DNA of 64,000 nucleotides from Candidatus Acidiferrales bacterium (GTDB taxonomy: Bacteria; Acidobacteriota; Terriglobia; Acidiferrales; UBA7541). Positions 21,862-33,530 of this stretch are shown here, one piece after another. Below the pieces are notes generated by a model. The model was given only the letters and a program-made list of their open reading frames with translations, did no database searches and had not been told where the DNA came from. Numbering within the stretch: position 1 is the stretch's first letter; the number at the start of each line of letters is the position of its first letter. The translations under genes were made by a program, and so were the position numbers. The DNA is taken from the NCBI GenBank assembly GCA_963776365.1, contig CAVZMQ010000004.1, positions 2,054 to 66,053 of the forward strand, given 5' to 3'.

Positions 21862-24800
21862 GATTTTCGCTCGTTGGGCTGCCCGTGGATGCTGGGCTGT
21901 GCCTTGCGTCGGATGCCGTCTGGCTAGCCATCCAAACCGATCTCGAGAGTAAGACCGAAAAGCCACATTGTTCGGCACGGACAGTTCAACTTCCGTTCCG
22001 CCAGCGGGGCGGCTCAACACTTTGAGTTTGGCTCCGATTCTTTCCGCCCGCTCGCGCATGCCCGAGAGTCCCCAGTGTCCTTCGCGTCCCGCACGCTGCA
22101 CCTGCGGGTCGATGCCGCAACCGTCGTCAGAGACAAGAATCCGCAACTGGTCCGTGGCATAGTGCAGTTCCACTTCGATGGCCCTCGCTCCGGAGTGGCG
22201 AAAGGCATTGACCAACGCTTCGTGCCCGATCCGGTAGACCTCATCCCGCACCAGCGGGTGTAATGGCCGGGGTTGCCCTTCCACTGTCACGCGATAACCC
22301 ACCTCTTGCTGCATGGCGAGTTCCTGCTGAATCCGGGAGAATGCCTGAGTGAGATCGCCCGTTTCTTCCTGCCACGAGCGCAGGCCTCGAACCGCTTTTC
22401 TACCACCTTCAATTGCGCTTCCCATCAGATTCAGAACCTCGCCTACGATGGTTTTCGCCTGCGAACCGCCGGGCAAGTGTGCCTCGGCAACCTGAAGCTG
22501 CAGGGAAGCGCTGAGAACATCTTGCAACAAGGTGTCGTGCAAGTCCTGCGCCACCCGTGTCCGTTCCGACAGGCGCTCCCGGAATTGCAGATCTAGGCGA
22601 GCTGTTACTTGACGCACTCGCCACCGATAAGCCGCCCACGCTAACCACCCGCCCGCGGTTAGACACAACAGAAGGAACCATTTGGTCTGGTAAAACGCGG
22701 GAAGGATGTCGAACTGCAATGCGGCGCCTTCTTCGTTCCAAACGCCGTCGCTGTTGCACGCGATCACGTGGAACCGATAATGTCCCGGCCGCAGGTTGGT
22801 GTAGAAGGCTTCGCGACGCGTCCCTACGTCTTGCCAATCCTTGTCCGTTCCTTCCAGCTTGTAGCGAAAGCGAACTCGCTCCGGCACCGAAAAATTCAAG
22901 GCCGTGTATTCGATGTGGACCCTTGTGGTTCGAACTGGCAGCTTTAAGTCCGTCGTTAGCGCATACTCCCTGCCCTCCGAGTCCAGCGATCGAACGAAGA
23001 CAGGAGGTGGAATCGCATTTCTGGAAAGGTGCTCGGGATCAATCTGGACCGCGCCGCCAGTGGTTCTAAACCAAAGCCTCCCGTCGGAACTCGCCAGAGC
23101 GGACGGGGAGGGGAGCACCCTGCTCAGCCGTTCCAGGAAGGCCGTCTCTGAAATCGAACAGTTCACAATGCACGTGCCGGTCAGGTTTTTCCAATGCCCG
23201 CTGGATTTCTGCGGCCGGGATATGAATTATCCCTGGCCTGGCGTTTAACCACAAATCCCCGCCAGCCGTCTCAACAATGCCTGAGATTCCCTTCAATTCA
23301 ATGTCGCCATCAGCGGTCAGGGACTGAAAACGGCTACCCTGAAAGACAGCCAGCCCGCGTTCACCCCCAGCCCAGATGTGCCCCGCGTGTTCGTAGATCG
23401 CCTCAACGTTGACTATACTCAGTCCATCCTCGGACGAAAATGTCTTGAGTGTGCTGCCGTCGAGCACAGCAATCGTGCTGCCCAGATAGCCAAACCATAC
23501 CCGGCCGGCGGAATCGGTTAGCAGGGTCACCGCCGCTGGATTCGGCACGTCCGTCGGGTTGCCAAAATGCGTCCAAACGCCATTCGCCCACCGAAAGACC
23601 CCGTTGCGAATGATGGATACCCACAGACCTCCGGAGCGGTCTTTGGTGATGGCTTGAACATCGAAATTCCTGGTCCCCTCCGGGAGTGGAATCTGCAGAA
23701 CCCGTCCGCTGGTGAGCCGCCAGAGGCCTCCACCATATCCAACTCCTAACCAAATATTGCCGTCCGCGTCGCGATACGCGCAACGTATATATCCCCGACT
23801 CGCAATCCCGTGCGCGGTAGTTGCCATACCGCTGGTATCCATCAAGGACACCTCGTTCCGTCCGAACGTCGGACGCACTCCCCAAACACCACCTGGCTCG
23901 CCCCCCACCAACGTCGGGATTCTACCTGGAAAGAGCGTAATGGGCACAAGATTGCTTGCGCGGAAGCGATCCAATCCATTATCTGTGCCGACCCAGATAT
24001 TTCCCTACCGGTCCTCTAGAACTGGGATTGGAGTTTCAGATGTGAGACCTCTGTGAGTAAAGACTTCAGCTGTCTGGCTCAACTGCACGATCTTTCCAAC
24101 TTTCAGCTCCGGAAAAGACACACGATGAACTCCGTCATCGGAGGCAATCCATAAGCTGCCCTCGCGGTCAAAAAGGAGTTCGTACGGTTTCACATGGATC
24201 GGGGACGGCCGGCTGTTTTCTCTTCCGCGTATAGGGATCGGCATTACGCCGCTGCCCTGATCTGCCATCCACAAGGTTCCATCCGGCGCTTGGGCGATTT
24301 GGAGAACCGTACTAGCGACGTGCGCGCCGGTTTTTTGGAAGATTCGTTGACCTCGCGGGAGAAAAACTACAGTGTCTTCGCTGGCCACCCAAAGCGTTCC
24401 CTCGCGATCCACGAACACCGTCGTTGCGGATTTTCCGGGGTATGCCCAATCTTCCCCAATTCGTTTCCAGCGTGTACCTTCGAGCCGGGCGAGACCACCC
24501 CCGACCGCCGCCCAAACCGCGCCTTCCCGATCTACGATGAACCGGTAGACCGTCCCCGATGGCAGTCCCTCCGACTCGCCATAACTGATGATTCGCCCAT
24601 CTTTCATGAAGGCCACGTTGCCGTAGTGAAAGCCAATCCAAAGGCCTCCGTCGGAGGTAGCCATAAGCGAATAAATATCGTCTGAATTGAGCTTCTCGCC
24701 TGACGGCAGCTTATAACGGTCGAAATGCACGCCGTCAAAGCGGAATAGCCCGCTAGACGTTCCCAACCACAGATAACCATCCGTTGTTTGCGCCAGCGAG

Positions 24801-24952
24801 TTAATCGACCCAGGAGCGCCTTCTCTGGCGGTCCAGCTGGTGTGCTGCAACTGGAAGAGGGTTCGATGCTGAGTGTCAGCAGGCGCCCTCACGCAGGAAA
24901 GCATTCCCAGCAAGCAGACGAAAAGAGTTCGCGGAATGGGAGCCGGTTTCAT
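21862..24952 (-). pseudogene. Beta-propeller/Y_Y_Y sensor histidine kinase (HisKA_3), disrupted
   Basis: Propeller repeats, YTNLRPG.Y.F.V, DLHDTLLQ, NAFRH, DDGCG, HWGLSGMRER; in-frame TAG at 24005-24007 and a frameshift near 23115. Confidence 0.88.
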
Positions 24953-25055
24953 CGCTTCAACCCGGAGTATTATCGCGTGCAAAAGCCACCGACGATCCAA
25001 CCGCGGACGTAGTCCGCACGCAGTCATTGGTAGCACGGAAACTGGCCGCAGAAGA

Positions 25056-25117
25056 TGCAGGAACCTCAGTGGTCAGGTCAAAACCGGCCATACGTGGTCA
25101 CTTCAAAACCGGCCATA
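25056..25117 (+). mobile_element. Isolated IS21-like terminal region
   Basis: Two tandem 24-bp repeats GTGGTCA(GG/CT)TCAAAACCGGCCATA with 25-bp period after a TG; no istA/istB follows. Confidence 0.6.
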
Positions 25118-25738
25118 GGATGTGGCCCTGGACTTAGATGTTGTACTCTGCTGTTCGCTTTCCGGGCAAGTCTAATCTCCTAAATTTTGATGTGGAGGGC
25201 TATTTCCTCCTCGAATCTCAAAAGAATCTCGTTTGTAAGGCCGTGGCTGCATTTTCTCGGGGTCTCCTGTAGTTCGGGTTGTGGTTTTTCGGCTATTCTT
25301 CGGGCTCATGATTCCGCCGGCAGCTTGGTCCTCCAGCTCCGCGGCCCACATTTGAGGATATGGCCGTGGTGCAGGAAATGTAGCTTGCCGCGCTTATCGG
25401 TCACTTAGAGACCGAGATCGCTCAATCCTAGATACCCATCCGGGCGGCGTCCCAGCTGCCAATAATACTTACGCTCTGATTCCTTGATCGGCAGATCGTT
25501 GATACACGCAAAACGTAAACGCATCAAGCCCTGTTCGTCAAATTCTCATGCGGAAATGCTTTGATGATTCCTCCCAGTAGCGAAACCGGCTTGCTGCATT
25601 GCGATCATTCGGGAGTGATCGACTTCAGCGGCAGGAAATCGTACTTCGCGTCGTTGTTCACTTGAATTGTGATCTTTAGGTCCGTCGCATCAGAGTCGCA
25701 GCTCCGTGCGATGGCTCGGTGTCAGTATAGTTGCGAAT

Positions 25739-26377
25739 TCACTTTGACGCGGCCGCACGCCTGGCGCGAAACGCTGCAACCCGGGCTCTGGTGCCGCAGC
25801 CTTCCGCAGTGCACCAGCGGCGGCGATGCCCCTTTGTTCGGTCGTAGAACCAAAGAACGCACTTCTCGCCTTCGCAATGTCGTACCAAATCAAAGTCGCC
25901 GTGGGCCAACAAATCTGCGATCGCCTCCGCTACTGGAGCAAGATATTGCTTGGCGTTGCGACCGAGATAGACATGTTGGAGATCTAATCGGCCCTCCCGC
26001 GCTCTCAACTGAAGGCGGCTGATCGCGTCAACGAGGAACGAATTCAGACCATCCAAACGGACGCGTCTGCCCGCTTTCCTCTGTTCTAAGGCTCGCAATG
26101 CCAGAGTCCGCAGATTTCGAGCAGTGCGAACTAGCGCCTTCGGTCTAAGAGGCTTCCGGAGCAATGGCAGGCAAATGTTCATTTTTCTCATCCACGCGAT
26201 GACATTTTCATCGCTCTGCAGCGTGTCCGTGAGAACACCTTCGTGCATACGCCTTGTGTTGATGAAGTTGATCGCAACGTGATCGCCGACAAAATCCAGG
26301 TTGCCCTTGTCGCTGTCGCTCACCCTCGCATTGGCCCTCACATCTCCTCCGATCGTCACTTCAGAATCGATCTTCAC
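25739..26377 (-). CDS. ABATE/CGNR zinc-finger transcriptional regulator
   Basis: HVAINFINT; CEGEKCVLWFYDRTKGHRRRWC...CG.RARVAAFRAR. Confidence 0.92.
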   Translation of the reverse strand: MKIDSEVTIGGDVRANARVSDSDKGNLDFVGDHVAINFINTRRMHEGVLTDTLQSDENVIAWMRKMNICLPLLRKPLRPKALVRTARNLRTLALRALEQRKAGRRVRLDGLNSFLVDAISRLQLRAREGRLDLQHVYLGRNAKQYLAPVAEAIADLLAHGDFDLVRHCEGEKCVLWFYDRTKGHRRRWCTAEGCGTRARVAAFRARRAAASK

Positions 26378-26586
26378 ACGTTACAAGAATATGCCTGACT
26401 TCCTCCAACAGGTGTGGATGGCGGGGTTCTCCCGTTCCGGTGATTTGATGAAACCCCGGCCATCCCGTGACTTCTTGTTCCGGGACTGGATCTGCCAGAG
26501 GTCGCTAAGCAGCTCAATTCAGAACACCTGCAGGTTTCGCTATTTTTTTCGTAACCTGCATCGCCCTGGAATCATCTCATCTCTAT

Positions 26587-26616
26587 GTAACGGTAAAGTA
26601 CTATTTTACGCGTTAC
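26587..26616. promoter_or_regulatory. Imperfect palindrome, candidate operator between the regulator and hydrolase genes
   Basis: GTAACGGTAAA-GTACTAT-TTTACGCGTTAC in the divergent intergenic region. Confidence 0.5.
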
Positions 26617-26729
26617 AACGGCTCCAGCAATATGGAAACTCTTCAACGCGATAAAGGGCATTCCTCGAATGTCCGCAGGCATCATCTTCCATCAGTCACA
26701 GTGCGAATCTAAGGAGGCTTGTCTACATC

Positions 26730-27692
26730 ATGGATCGCAGATCGTTTCTCAACAGCGCTGCTGTGTTGGGCGTGGGAGCTTCAGTCCTCGGCAAACGAAC
26801 CGAAACAGATAAGAAGAGCACCCGATCGGCGGCTTCGATTCCGCAGATTTCAATCGGGTTCGTTGAAGCGGACGGAATAAAAATATTCTATCGGGAGGCC
26901 GGCGCCAAGGACGCACCAGTGATCTTGCTGCTACACGGGTTTCCGGCCTCGTCGTTCCAATACCGCGAGCTGATGCCGCTGCTGGCGGACCGGTATCGGG
27001 TGATCGCGCCGGATCTTCCGGGCTTCGGTTTCACGGAGGTGCCGGCATCGCGGATCTACCGCTATAACTTCGATAATCTGGCGGCGACGATCACGGCGTT
27101 CGTGCAGGAGATGCAACTGGAAAAGTTTGCCCTGTACGTATTCGACTACGGAGCGCCGACGGGATTCCGGGTCGCCATGGCGCATCCGGAGAAGATCAGC
27201 GCGATTATCACGCAGAACGGGAATGCGTATGAGGAAGGATTGGGGGACGCCTGGTCGCCGATCCAAAGATATTGGCGTGACCCCAGCGCGGAGAACCGCA
27301 ACGCTGTGCGTGAGGACGCTCTGAGTCCGGAGGCGATCAAACAGCAATACGTGGATGGGCCGCATCCCGAGCTTGTGAAACCAGAAGGCTACACACTGGA
27401 CGTGGCGTTGATGGCGAGGCCCGGGAATATCGACATTCAGCTGGACCTGTTTCTAGACTATGCGAACAATGTGAAGCTGTATCCCGCGTTCCAACGTTAC
27501 TTCCGCGAGCACAAACCGAAAACACTGGCAGTGTGGGGCCGGCTTGATCCGTTCTTTATTCCGGCAGGGGCGAAAGCCTTTGTTCGCGATAATCCGAACG
27601 CCACGGTGCATCTGATCGACGCGGGCCATTTTGCGTTGGAGACCCAGGTGGTGACGGTTGCGGAGATCATGCGGAGCTTTCTTGCAAGCTGA
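26730..27692 (+). CDS. Alpha/beta hydrolase (epoxide hydrolase/dehalogenase-like) with probable Tat signal
   Basis: MDRRSFL twin-arginine motif; LLLHGFP, APDLPGFG, FDYGAP, GHFALE. Confidence 0.92.
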   Translation: MDRRSFLNSAAVLGVGASVLGKRTETDKKSTRSAASIPQISIGFVEADGIKIFYREAGAKDAPVILLLHGFPASSFQYRELMPLLADRYRVIAPDLPGFGFTEVPASRIYRYNFDNLAATITAFVQEMQLEKFALYVFDYGAPTGFRVAMAHPEKISAIITQNGNAYEEGLGDAWSPIQRYWRDPSAENRNAVREDALSPEAIKQQYVDGPHPELVKPEGYTLDVALMARPGNIDIQLDLFLDYANNVKLYPAFQRYFREHKPKTLAVWGRLDPFFIPAGAKAFVRDNPNATVHLIDAGHFALETQVVTVAEIMRSFLAS

Positions 27693-27806
27693 GGAAAAAG
27701 GGTCTGCGATTTGCGCAGGGCTGGGAGTGATGAGCTGAACGGGGAAGAGGGCCTGGGAGCACACTACGGGCGCACCGACTGGCGCTCGCGAAAAGGAGTT
27801 AGCACG

Positions 27807-28778
27807 ATGTACCTGCTTCGATCGTTTCGTTCGATTCGCCGCCTGGCGTGCATGCTGTTTCTTGCTGCTGTGACGCTCGCATCATATGCCTTGCCCACCA
27901 AAGGCGAAGGAAAGGAGTCAAAGGTGGAACACCCGACGGTTTACCGCACCATACAGGTCGATGGGCTCTCGATTTTTTACCGAGAAGCCGGACCGAAAGA
28001 TGCGCCGACACTGCTGCTGTTGCACGGACTGCCGTCTTCGTCGCGGATGTTCGAACCGCTGTTGGCGAGGCTTTCTGACCGCTATCACCTAGTCGCGCCG
28101 GATTATCCCGGCTTCGGTCACAGCGATTGGCCCGACACGAAGAAGTTTTCGTACACATTCGATCACATTGCCCAGGTAATGGATAAGTTCACTGAAGCGC
28201 TTGGGATTTCACGGTACACACTGTACATGCAGGATTACGGCGGTCCGGTGGGTTTTCGCATGGTCTTGGCGCATCCGGAAAGGGTCGAGGCAGTGATCAT
28301 GCAGGACGCCGTAGCCCATAACACAGGGTTGGGTGTGAATTGGAAGACGCGGCGGGCGTTTTGGGCGGATCGCGCGGCTAACGAAGCGACGCTGCGGGCG
28401 AATCTATTGTCGCTACAAGCGACGCGGACGCGGCATGTGGGAAATGACCCCAATGTCGAGCGATACAATCCGGATCTGTGGACGGATGAATTTTATTTTC
28501 TGAACCAGCCGGGACAGGCGGATATTCAGTCCGATCTGTTCTACGACTATCGCACGAACGTGGACAACTACCCGAAATGGCAGGCGTGGATGCGGGAGAA
28601 ACAGCCGCGTCTCCTGGTGATCTGGGGCAAGTACGAGCTGTCGTTTGATTCATCTGAGCCGGAGGCGTATCGGAGGGACGTGCCGGACGCGCAGGTGTAC
28701 ATCGTCGATGGAGGGCACTTCGCGCTCGATACCGCCGCCGATCAAATCGCGCAACTCGTTCGCGGGTTTGTAAAGTAA
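27807..28778 (+). CDS. Alpha/beta hydrolase paralogue with signal peptide
   Basis: RBS AAGGAG; LLLHGLP, APDYPGFG, QDYGGP, GHFALD. Confidence 0.92.
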   Translation: MYLLRSFRSIRRLACMLFLAAVTLASYALPTKGEGKESKVEHPTVYRTIQVDGLSIFYREAGPKDAPTLLLLHGLPSSSRMFEPLLARLSDRYHLVAPDYPGFGHSDWPDTKKFSYTFDHIAQVMDKFTEALGISRYTLYMQDYGGPVGFRMVLAHPERVEAVIMQDAVAHNTGLGVNWKTRRAFWADRAANEATLRANLLSLQATRTRHVGNDPNVERYNPDLWTDEFYFLNQPGQADIQSDLFYDYRTNVDNYPKWQAWMREKQPRLLVIWGKYELSFDSSEPEAYRRDVPDAQVYIVDGGHFALDTAADQIAQLVRGFVK

Positions 28779-29183
28779 CTTGCGAGTCCGCATGTTTTCG
28801 GATTAATGTTTTCGGCAAAAGTTCGTGCTGTTGCGATCTTCGGCTTTTAGGCAAGTCTCTTTCCGGAACGTGAGCCGGACCATTTCGTTTTTCCTGCGGA
28901 ACGTTACGGAGCATCCGGGGACGGTTCGACCGTCGTATACGAAAGTGATCCGACAAAACTGATTGGCCGCTGGAAGGAAGCTTGGCAATAGGCAAAAATT
29001 CACGCGGGTGTTTTGCGGCTTCTTTTCATGACAGTGCAAGAAGAGTTAAAGATAGTATGGCGGGGACGACACAGCTCGACCTTCAGGGCCTATGCCGTGA
29101 CAGGCAGGGGTTTTAGCCAGCTGATTTGGTATGCGTCTGGGACGGTTTGGCGATCAAGTCTGTATCCTGGTCCACAGACTCCT

Positions 29184-29640
29184 TCAGTTGGCTGTAGCCA
29201 AACCGGTCGAATTGTCTGTCGCGAAAGGACGACCGATTTCAGGAGTGCTCGATACTGCAGTTTCTTGGGCGATCATGGGGCCGGCCAGAAAAGCGCTGCG
29301 ACCAGCTCTAATTGCGCTAGCAAAGGCTTCCGCCATTCGAACCGGATCATCCGCACGTGAAACAGCTGTATTCAAGAGCACGCCGTCGAATCCCCATTCC
29401 ATAACCTGGCACGCGTGAGACGGGAGTCCGATCCCCGCGTCAACAATCAGCGGAGTGTTCGCCGCGCGTTCCCGCAGTTCGCGCAATGCTCGGGCGTTGC
29501 GGGGTCCTTGGCCGGTTCCGATGGGAGCGGCCCATGGCATGAGAACCTGACAGCCAACGTCCATCAGTCGCCTACAAAGGATCCAGTCTTCTGTGCAATA
29601 CGGGAAGACCTGGAAGCCAAGTCTTACAAGTTCCCCTGGA
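29184..29640 (-). pseudogene. thiG: Thiazole synthase C-terminal fragment
   Basis: [43 protein letters not shown]; N-terminal half absent. Confidence 0.88.
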
Positions 29641-30397
29641 TCTTCCCGGCTTGGATGTGGTGTCCGCTGCAAAAGCCTTACTCCGTGGCGTTCGCGGAGA
29701 GATTACCATCCACACGAGAAGCTCTTGATGTGCAGGAGCGAGCAAGATTGTGAAGATTAGACTTAACGCCATATGGGCGCCTCATTTTGTTGGCGCACGC
29801 GTCCAGTCTTAAAGAGCGCTGGCCGAGTGTGCCACTGATTCGGTTCTCGCCGACAAGTCGGAAGAATTGTTGCGCTCGTTCCAGAATGATGTCGAAGACG
29901 CAAATTCACGTTGGGTCTTGTCAAACCAAGGATATCCGATCAAGCAAAGGGAGGGTGTAATGGGGCCAGCGCCAGGCTCATCCCCGCGACCGCGTATTAT
30001 CGGGTGCTTCTATGATACTCAATCATCTACAGACTAAAGATTTATGTCGGTGACCGTGATCACCGATCGAGGCGCGCAGAGGCAAGGATTGTTCTGAGAG
30101 ACGATCTGGGAGATCATGCTCAATCGCTTTGCGCGGGTGGTCGGCTTAACAGGCCAATCCTGACGCCTGGCCGCAACTAGCCCGAACGGAATGTCAACAT
30201 TGTCGGCACATGCAAATATTGCGCCAGTTGTGCTGAAAATAGCCTAACTACTTGGTCATCGACGGGCTTCGTCAACTCTAGAATGCCGCAAACAACTGAA
30301 GGACCTTTGCAGAAGGGTATCCGCAGCGCCCGTTATTGTGTAGGCACGAATATGTCTGGCCAAAGCGTCCATTACCCCACTCAAGAAACCCGACCAG

Positions 30398-30619
30398 TCA
30401 TTTCCTTCTGAATGAAACTGTGATTGTATCTCGCTTCGCGAATGTCCGCAGGATTCTGCGATCCCCGGTATGTGCGGTCTGGGTAAGGATTCCCCAACCC
30501 TCATTTAACATCTTGGAGATATGATCATCCATTTTTTGCAGGTTGAGTAGTCCCCGCTTGTAGTAGGTGCCGAACACGCTCTTTTGATAGGTGAAGGATT
30601 TCACTTCCATAGTTGGCAT
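30398..30619 (-). CDS. Small hypothetical protein
   Basis: 73-aa ORF with AAGGA RBS; no recognisable family. Confidence 0.5.
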   Translation of the reverse strand: MPTMEVKSFTYQKSVFGTYYKRGLLNLQKMDDHISKMLNEGWGILTQTAHTGDRRILRTFAKRDTITVSFRRK

Positions 30620-31066
30620 CCTTACTCAGCAACGAAGCCGCCGGTTGAATTTTCTCACATTTTTCAAAGCTTTACTTTTCGCTTTTTCTTCCCCTATGGT
30701 ATCACGATCGGCGTTCGGAGAAAGACGCACCCGCCATGAAACGGTCACGGCCAAGCATTCCAGTCCCGCCGTTGTTCCTTCAGACCCCTTCAAGACCAAA
30801 GCTCCGTTCGCCAATCCTCTTCTCGCTCGACCATCGCCGCATTGGGAAACGCAACTGGAATGGCCTTGCGGAATACGTGACCGACAAACTGAAGAAGCGC
30901 CACCGTCAATGTCGTGGGGACGCTCGTAAGCAGCGTCTACGACGACGAAGTGGGCAAGGGAAAACCGAAGCCAAGGCGCAGGTCAAGTCGTGGCAAATCA
31001 AGGCATTCTCACGAAACTGTGGGGGAGACGCTTATCAACAGATGAACAACTGTGAAGGCATTTTGC

Positions 31067-31363
31067 TCAACCGCGTCTAGCAGATATAGAGCGGGATTTC
31101 TTGTTCGCCCTGAGAAAGCCGCTATAGTCCCGGTAGCACGGCGAGCAGTGCGCGATGTGATCGAGGACGAATTCCTTTGCATCCCGCGGTTTCTCGGCCA
31201 GCAGCTTGAGCTCATCCCTTTGCGGACAACCCTTGCGTTCGGGATTCGGAAAATCCTCGGCAAAATGATTGCGCCCCAACTCGCGAAGCTTCTCTTCGGA
31301 GAACGCTTTCTTTCGCTTTTTCTGCTTGGTCCGCGATCCCGGCAAGGCAGCAGCCCTCCTCAA
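31067..31363 (-). CDS. Putative zinc-binding anti-sigma factor (FPNPERKGCP...HIAHCSPCY)
   Basis: HxxxCxxC-like motif; start overlaps the stop of the upstream ECF-like gene. Confidence 0.7.
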   Translation of the reverse strand: MRRAAALPGSRTKQKKRKKAFSEEKLRELGRNHFAEDFPNPERKGCPQRDELKLLAEKPRDAKEFVLDHIAHCSPCYRDYSGFLRANKKSRSISARRG

Positions 31364-31935
31364 ACCAGAGATCGTCGTTTGGGGGCGAGGACTTTGCGTG
31401 CCTTGGCCAGAGCCCTGCTATAACGCATTTCCGCGGTGTGAGGCTTGAGGCCGAACTCTGCGCCAATCTCGTCCCACGAAAAGCCCTCTAGATGGAGGCA
31501 GACGATCTGCCGCGTAACCTTATCATAGGTCGCCATCACCTCGTCGAACAACACGGAGGTTTCCGCCCAAGTGGTCTCGGCCGCGCATGCCTCGGTGCGC
31601 GCTTGGTCGCTAAGAGAGCAGTCGAGACGGATTTGCCGGCCTCTAAAGAGATTTACTTTCCGAAAGTAGGTGCGGAACAGATATCCCGCCAGGTCCCACA
31701 CGGGGCTGTCGCCGCTCGCCTTTCTCTTGAGGGCCTGGGTAACGGCCGCCGCGGACTCTTCCAAGAGATCGAGCGCGAGGGCCCGGTCGCCGAGGAGTCG
31801 TTCGGCGTAGCTCGCCGCACGTGAACCCACTTCGTGTGCGACGGCGAGAACGAGCGGGTCAATGGTCCTGCCCATCCTATCGACGGAATGCAAGAAGAAT
31901 GCGGCAGAGACAATCCGTGCCCGCGGCGATCTCAT
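31360..31935 (-). CDS. Divergent ECF-like sigma factor
   Basis: LDLLEESAAAV, LAGYLFRTY, region 4 LEGFSWDEIGAEFG...AEMRYSRAL. Confidence 0.7.
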   Translation of the reverse strand: MRSPRARIVSAAFFLHSVDRMGRTIDPLVLAVAHEVGSRAASYAERLLGDRALALDLLEESAAAVTQALKRKASGDSPVWDLAGYLFRTYFRKVNLFRGRQIRLDCSLSDQARTEACAAETTWAETSVLFDEVMATYDKVTRQIVCLHLEGFSWDEIGAEFGLKPHTAEMRYSRALAKARKVLAPKRRSLV

Positions 31936-32455
31936 CGGGGACTCCTCGTTTTGTCGACATGCCGAGGGGAACGGCACCTCTCCCTGAGATCGTTGATCGA
32001 CACTAGCAGGAATGCCACGGATGGTGTTATCTCGCGTGGTACGATGCAGCATTGAATTCCGTTCGTAAATTTCATTGGGGAGTCGCCCTCACGGTTCCAG
32101 AGATTTCACCGCCAAGCGAAGAGTAGTTACACACCGACACTCTGGTCCAATACTTCCTGCGATTGGCCCTATAACTCGCGGTTATAGGCCGGGTGGGCAC
32201 GAAAAACGGCCCCGCTGACTTCCGAAGGGAAAGTGGAGCGGGTAAGATGGAAGGAGCGGAATTGCGCCTAAAGTGTCGAGCTACGTCGGTTGGTCATGGA
32301 AGATCAGGCGTTCTGGGTCAGACAGGGGTTGAGACGACACGGCCACGATTTATAGCTCGTTTTGATGCTGCGTCACGACAAGCCCCGGCAAACTTTCCGT
32401 TTCCGAACGGCAACGCAAGGCTAAGGAAATCATCGAAGCCAGCGGGGCGGATACC

Positions 32456-33508
32456 GTGGAGTACTTCAACAAAGTCGTACGGTCCAACCACGGTGTCACC
32501 TTCCGCGAGCAAGCGATTACTTGGCTAGCACAAATGCAGGATCGTAAACGTAAGCCCGTGGCTCCTTCGACGCTTGGTATTTGGGAAAGTGCGTTGAGAA
32601 ACTGGCTCAATCCAAACATCGGAGACATTCCGCTTGAATCCATCGGCAATCTCGCGCTGAAGAATCTTGGTGCAACGATGGTCAAAGGTGGGCTGGGAGC
32701 GTCGGCGATTAGGTCATACACAAACGCGGTGAAAATGGTTGTAGCATCGGCGGTCAATGAAGAAGGGGATGCGCTGTACCCCCGGAAATGGAATCACGAC
32801 TTCATTGATTTACCAGAAGACAAGAAACAAAGACAACCAAACTTCACTTCCGAAGTAGTGACCGGGATCATCGCCGCGTCACAGAAAGAGCAGATGTCGG
32901 TGTTCTATGTACTCTGTGCTGCTGGCGGATTGCGATTTGGAGAAGCCCTGGGGATCGACATCGGAAACATTTCCCCCGACTGCTCAACGATCAAAATTGA
33001 CCAGAAGGCATGGAGGGGCCAGGTACATACCTTCCTGAAGAGTGATGCCGCCAAGCGGGAGATTGACTTGCACTCTACGGTTGCGGCGATCCTCAAGGAG
33101 TGCATCGGCCAGCGGGAGTCTGGACTGTTGTTCTGTTCCAGTACCGGCAAGCAACTCTGGCAGACAAACCTCCTACGTCGGTCCTTGCACCCTATTCTCA
33201 AAGATCTAGGCTGGGAAGATCCTGAGAGTGGATGCAAAAAGACTGGCGCTCATGCCTTCCGACGCTTCCGTTTAACATGGCTTCGGAAGAACGATGTCCC
33301 GAAAGACTTGGAACATTTCTGGATGGGCCACGAGGACGAAGAGATCGGGGACATCTACTCCAAGTTGAAACAGGACGTTGCTTTCCGCAGAAAAGTGGTG
33401 GAAAGGATTGGTTTGGGCTTCGAACTTCCGTCCAAAAAGGTCGTTGTTGGATCGAATGGACCGAAAATCGAAGTTGGTGATGTCGAATTGTTGGCTGTAA
33501 ACGCTTGA
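32456..33508 (+). CDS. Tyrosine integrase; N-terminal arm-binding region decayed
   Basis: GLRFGEALG, HAFRRFR, WMGH, DIYS; the frame extends only ~27 codons upstream before a TGA. Confidence 0.88.
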   Translation: MEYFNKVVRSNHGVTFREQAITWLAQMQDRKRKPVAPSTLGIWESALRNWLNPNIGDIPLESIGNLALKNLGATMVKGGLGASAIRSYTNAVKMVVASAVNEEGDALYPRKWNHDFIDLPEDKKQRQPNFTSEVVTGIIAASQKEQMSVFYVLCAAGGLRFGEALGIDIGNISPDCSTIKIDQKAWRGQVHTFLKSDAAKREIDLHSTVAAILKECIGQRESGLLFCSSTGKQLWQTNLLRRSLHPILKDLGWEDPESGCKKTGAHAFRRFRLTWLRKNDVPKDLEHFWMGHEDEEIGDIYSKLKQDVAFRRKVVERIGLGFELPSKKVVVGSNGPKIEVGDVELLAVNA

Positions 33509-33517
33509 GGGTATAAT
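33488..33517 (+). promoter_or_regulatory. Sigma70-type promoter for tRNA-Ala
   Basis: Perfect TATAAT at 33512-33517, TTGTTG 18 bp upstream within the integrase 3' end. Confidence 0.6.
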
Positions 33518-33530
33518 GGTTACACCGCGT

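Noticed and set aside
25056-25117. Tandem 24-bp repeats considered as a mini-CRISPR
   Set aside because: Only two units with a 1-bp gap, no spacers and no cas genes; fits IS21-type terminal repeats better.
29760-30390. Long ORF-poor stretch considered as a possible ncRNA or riboswitch near the thiG fragment
   Set aside because: No TPP riboswitch consensus or convincing stems seen; probably decayed sequence.
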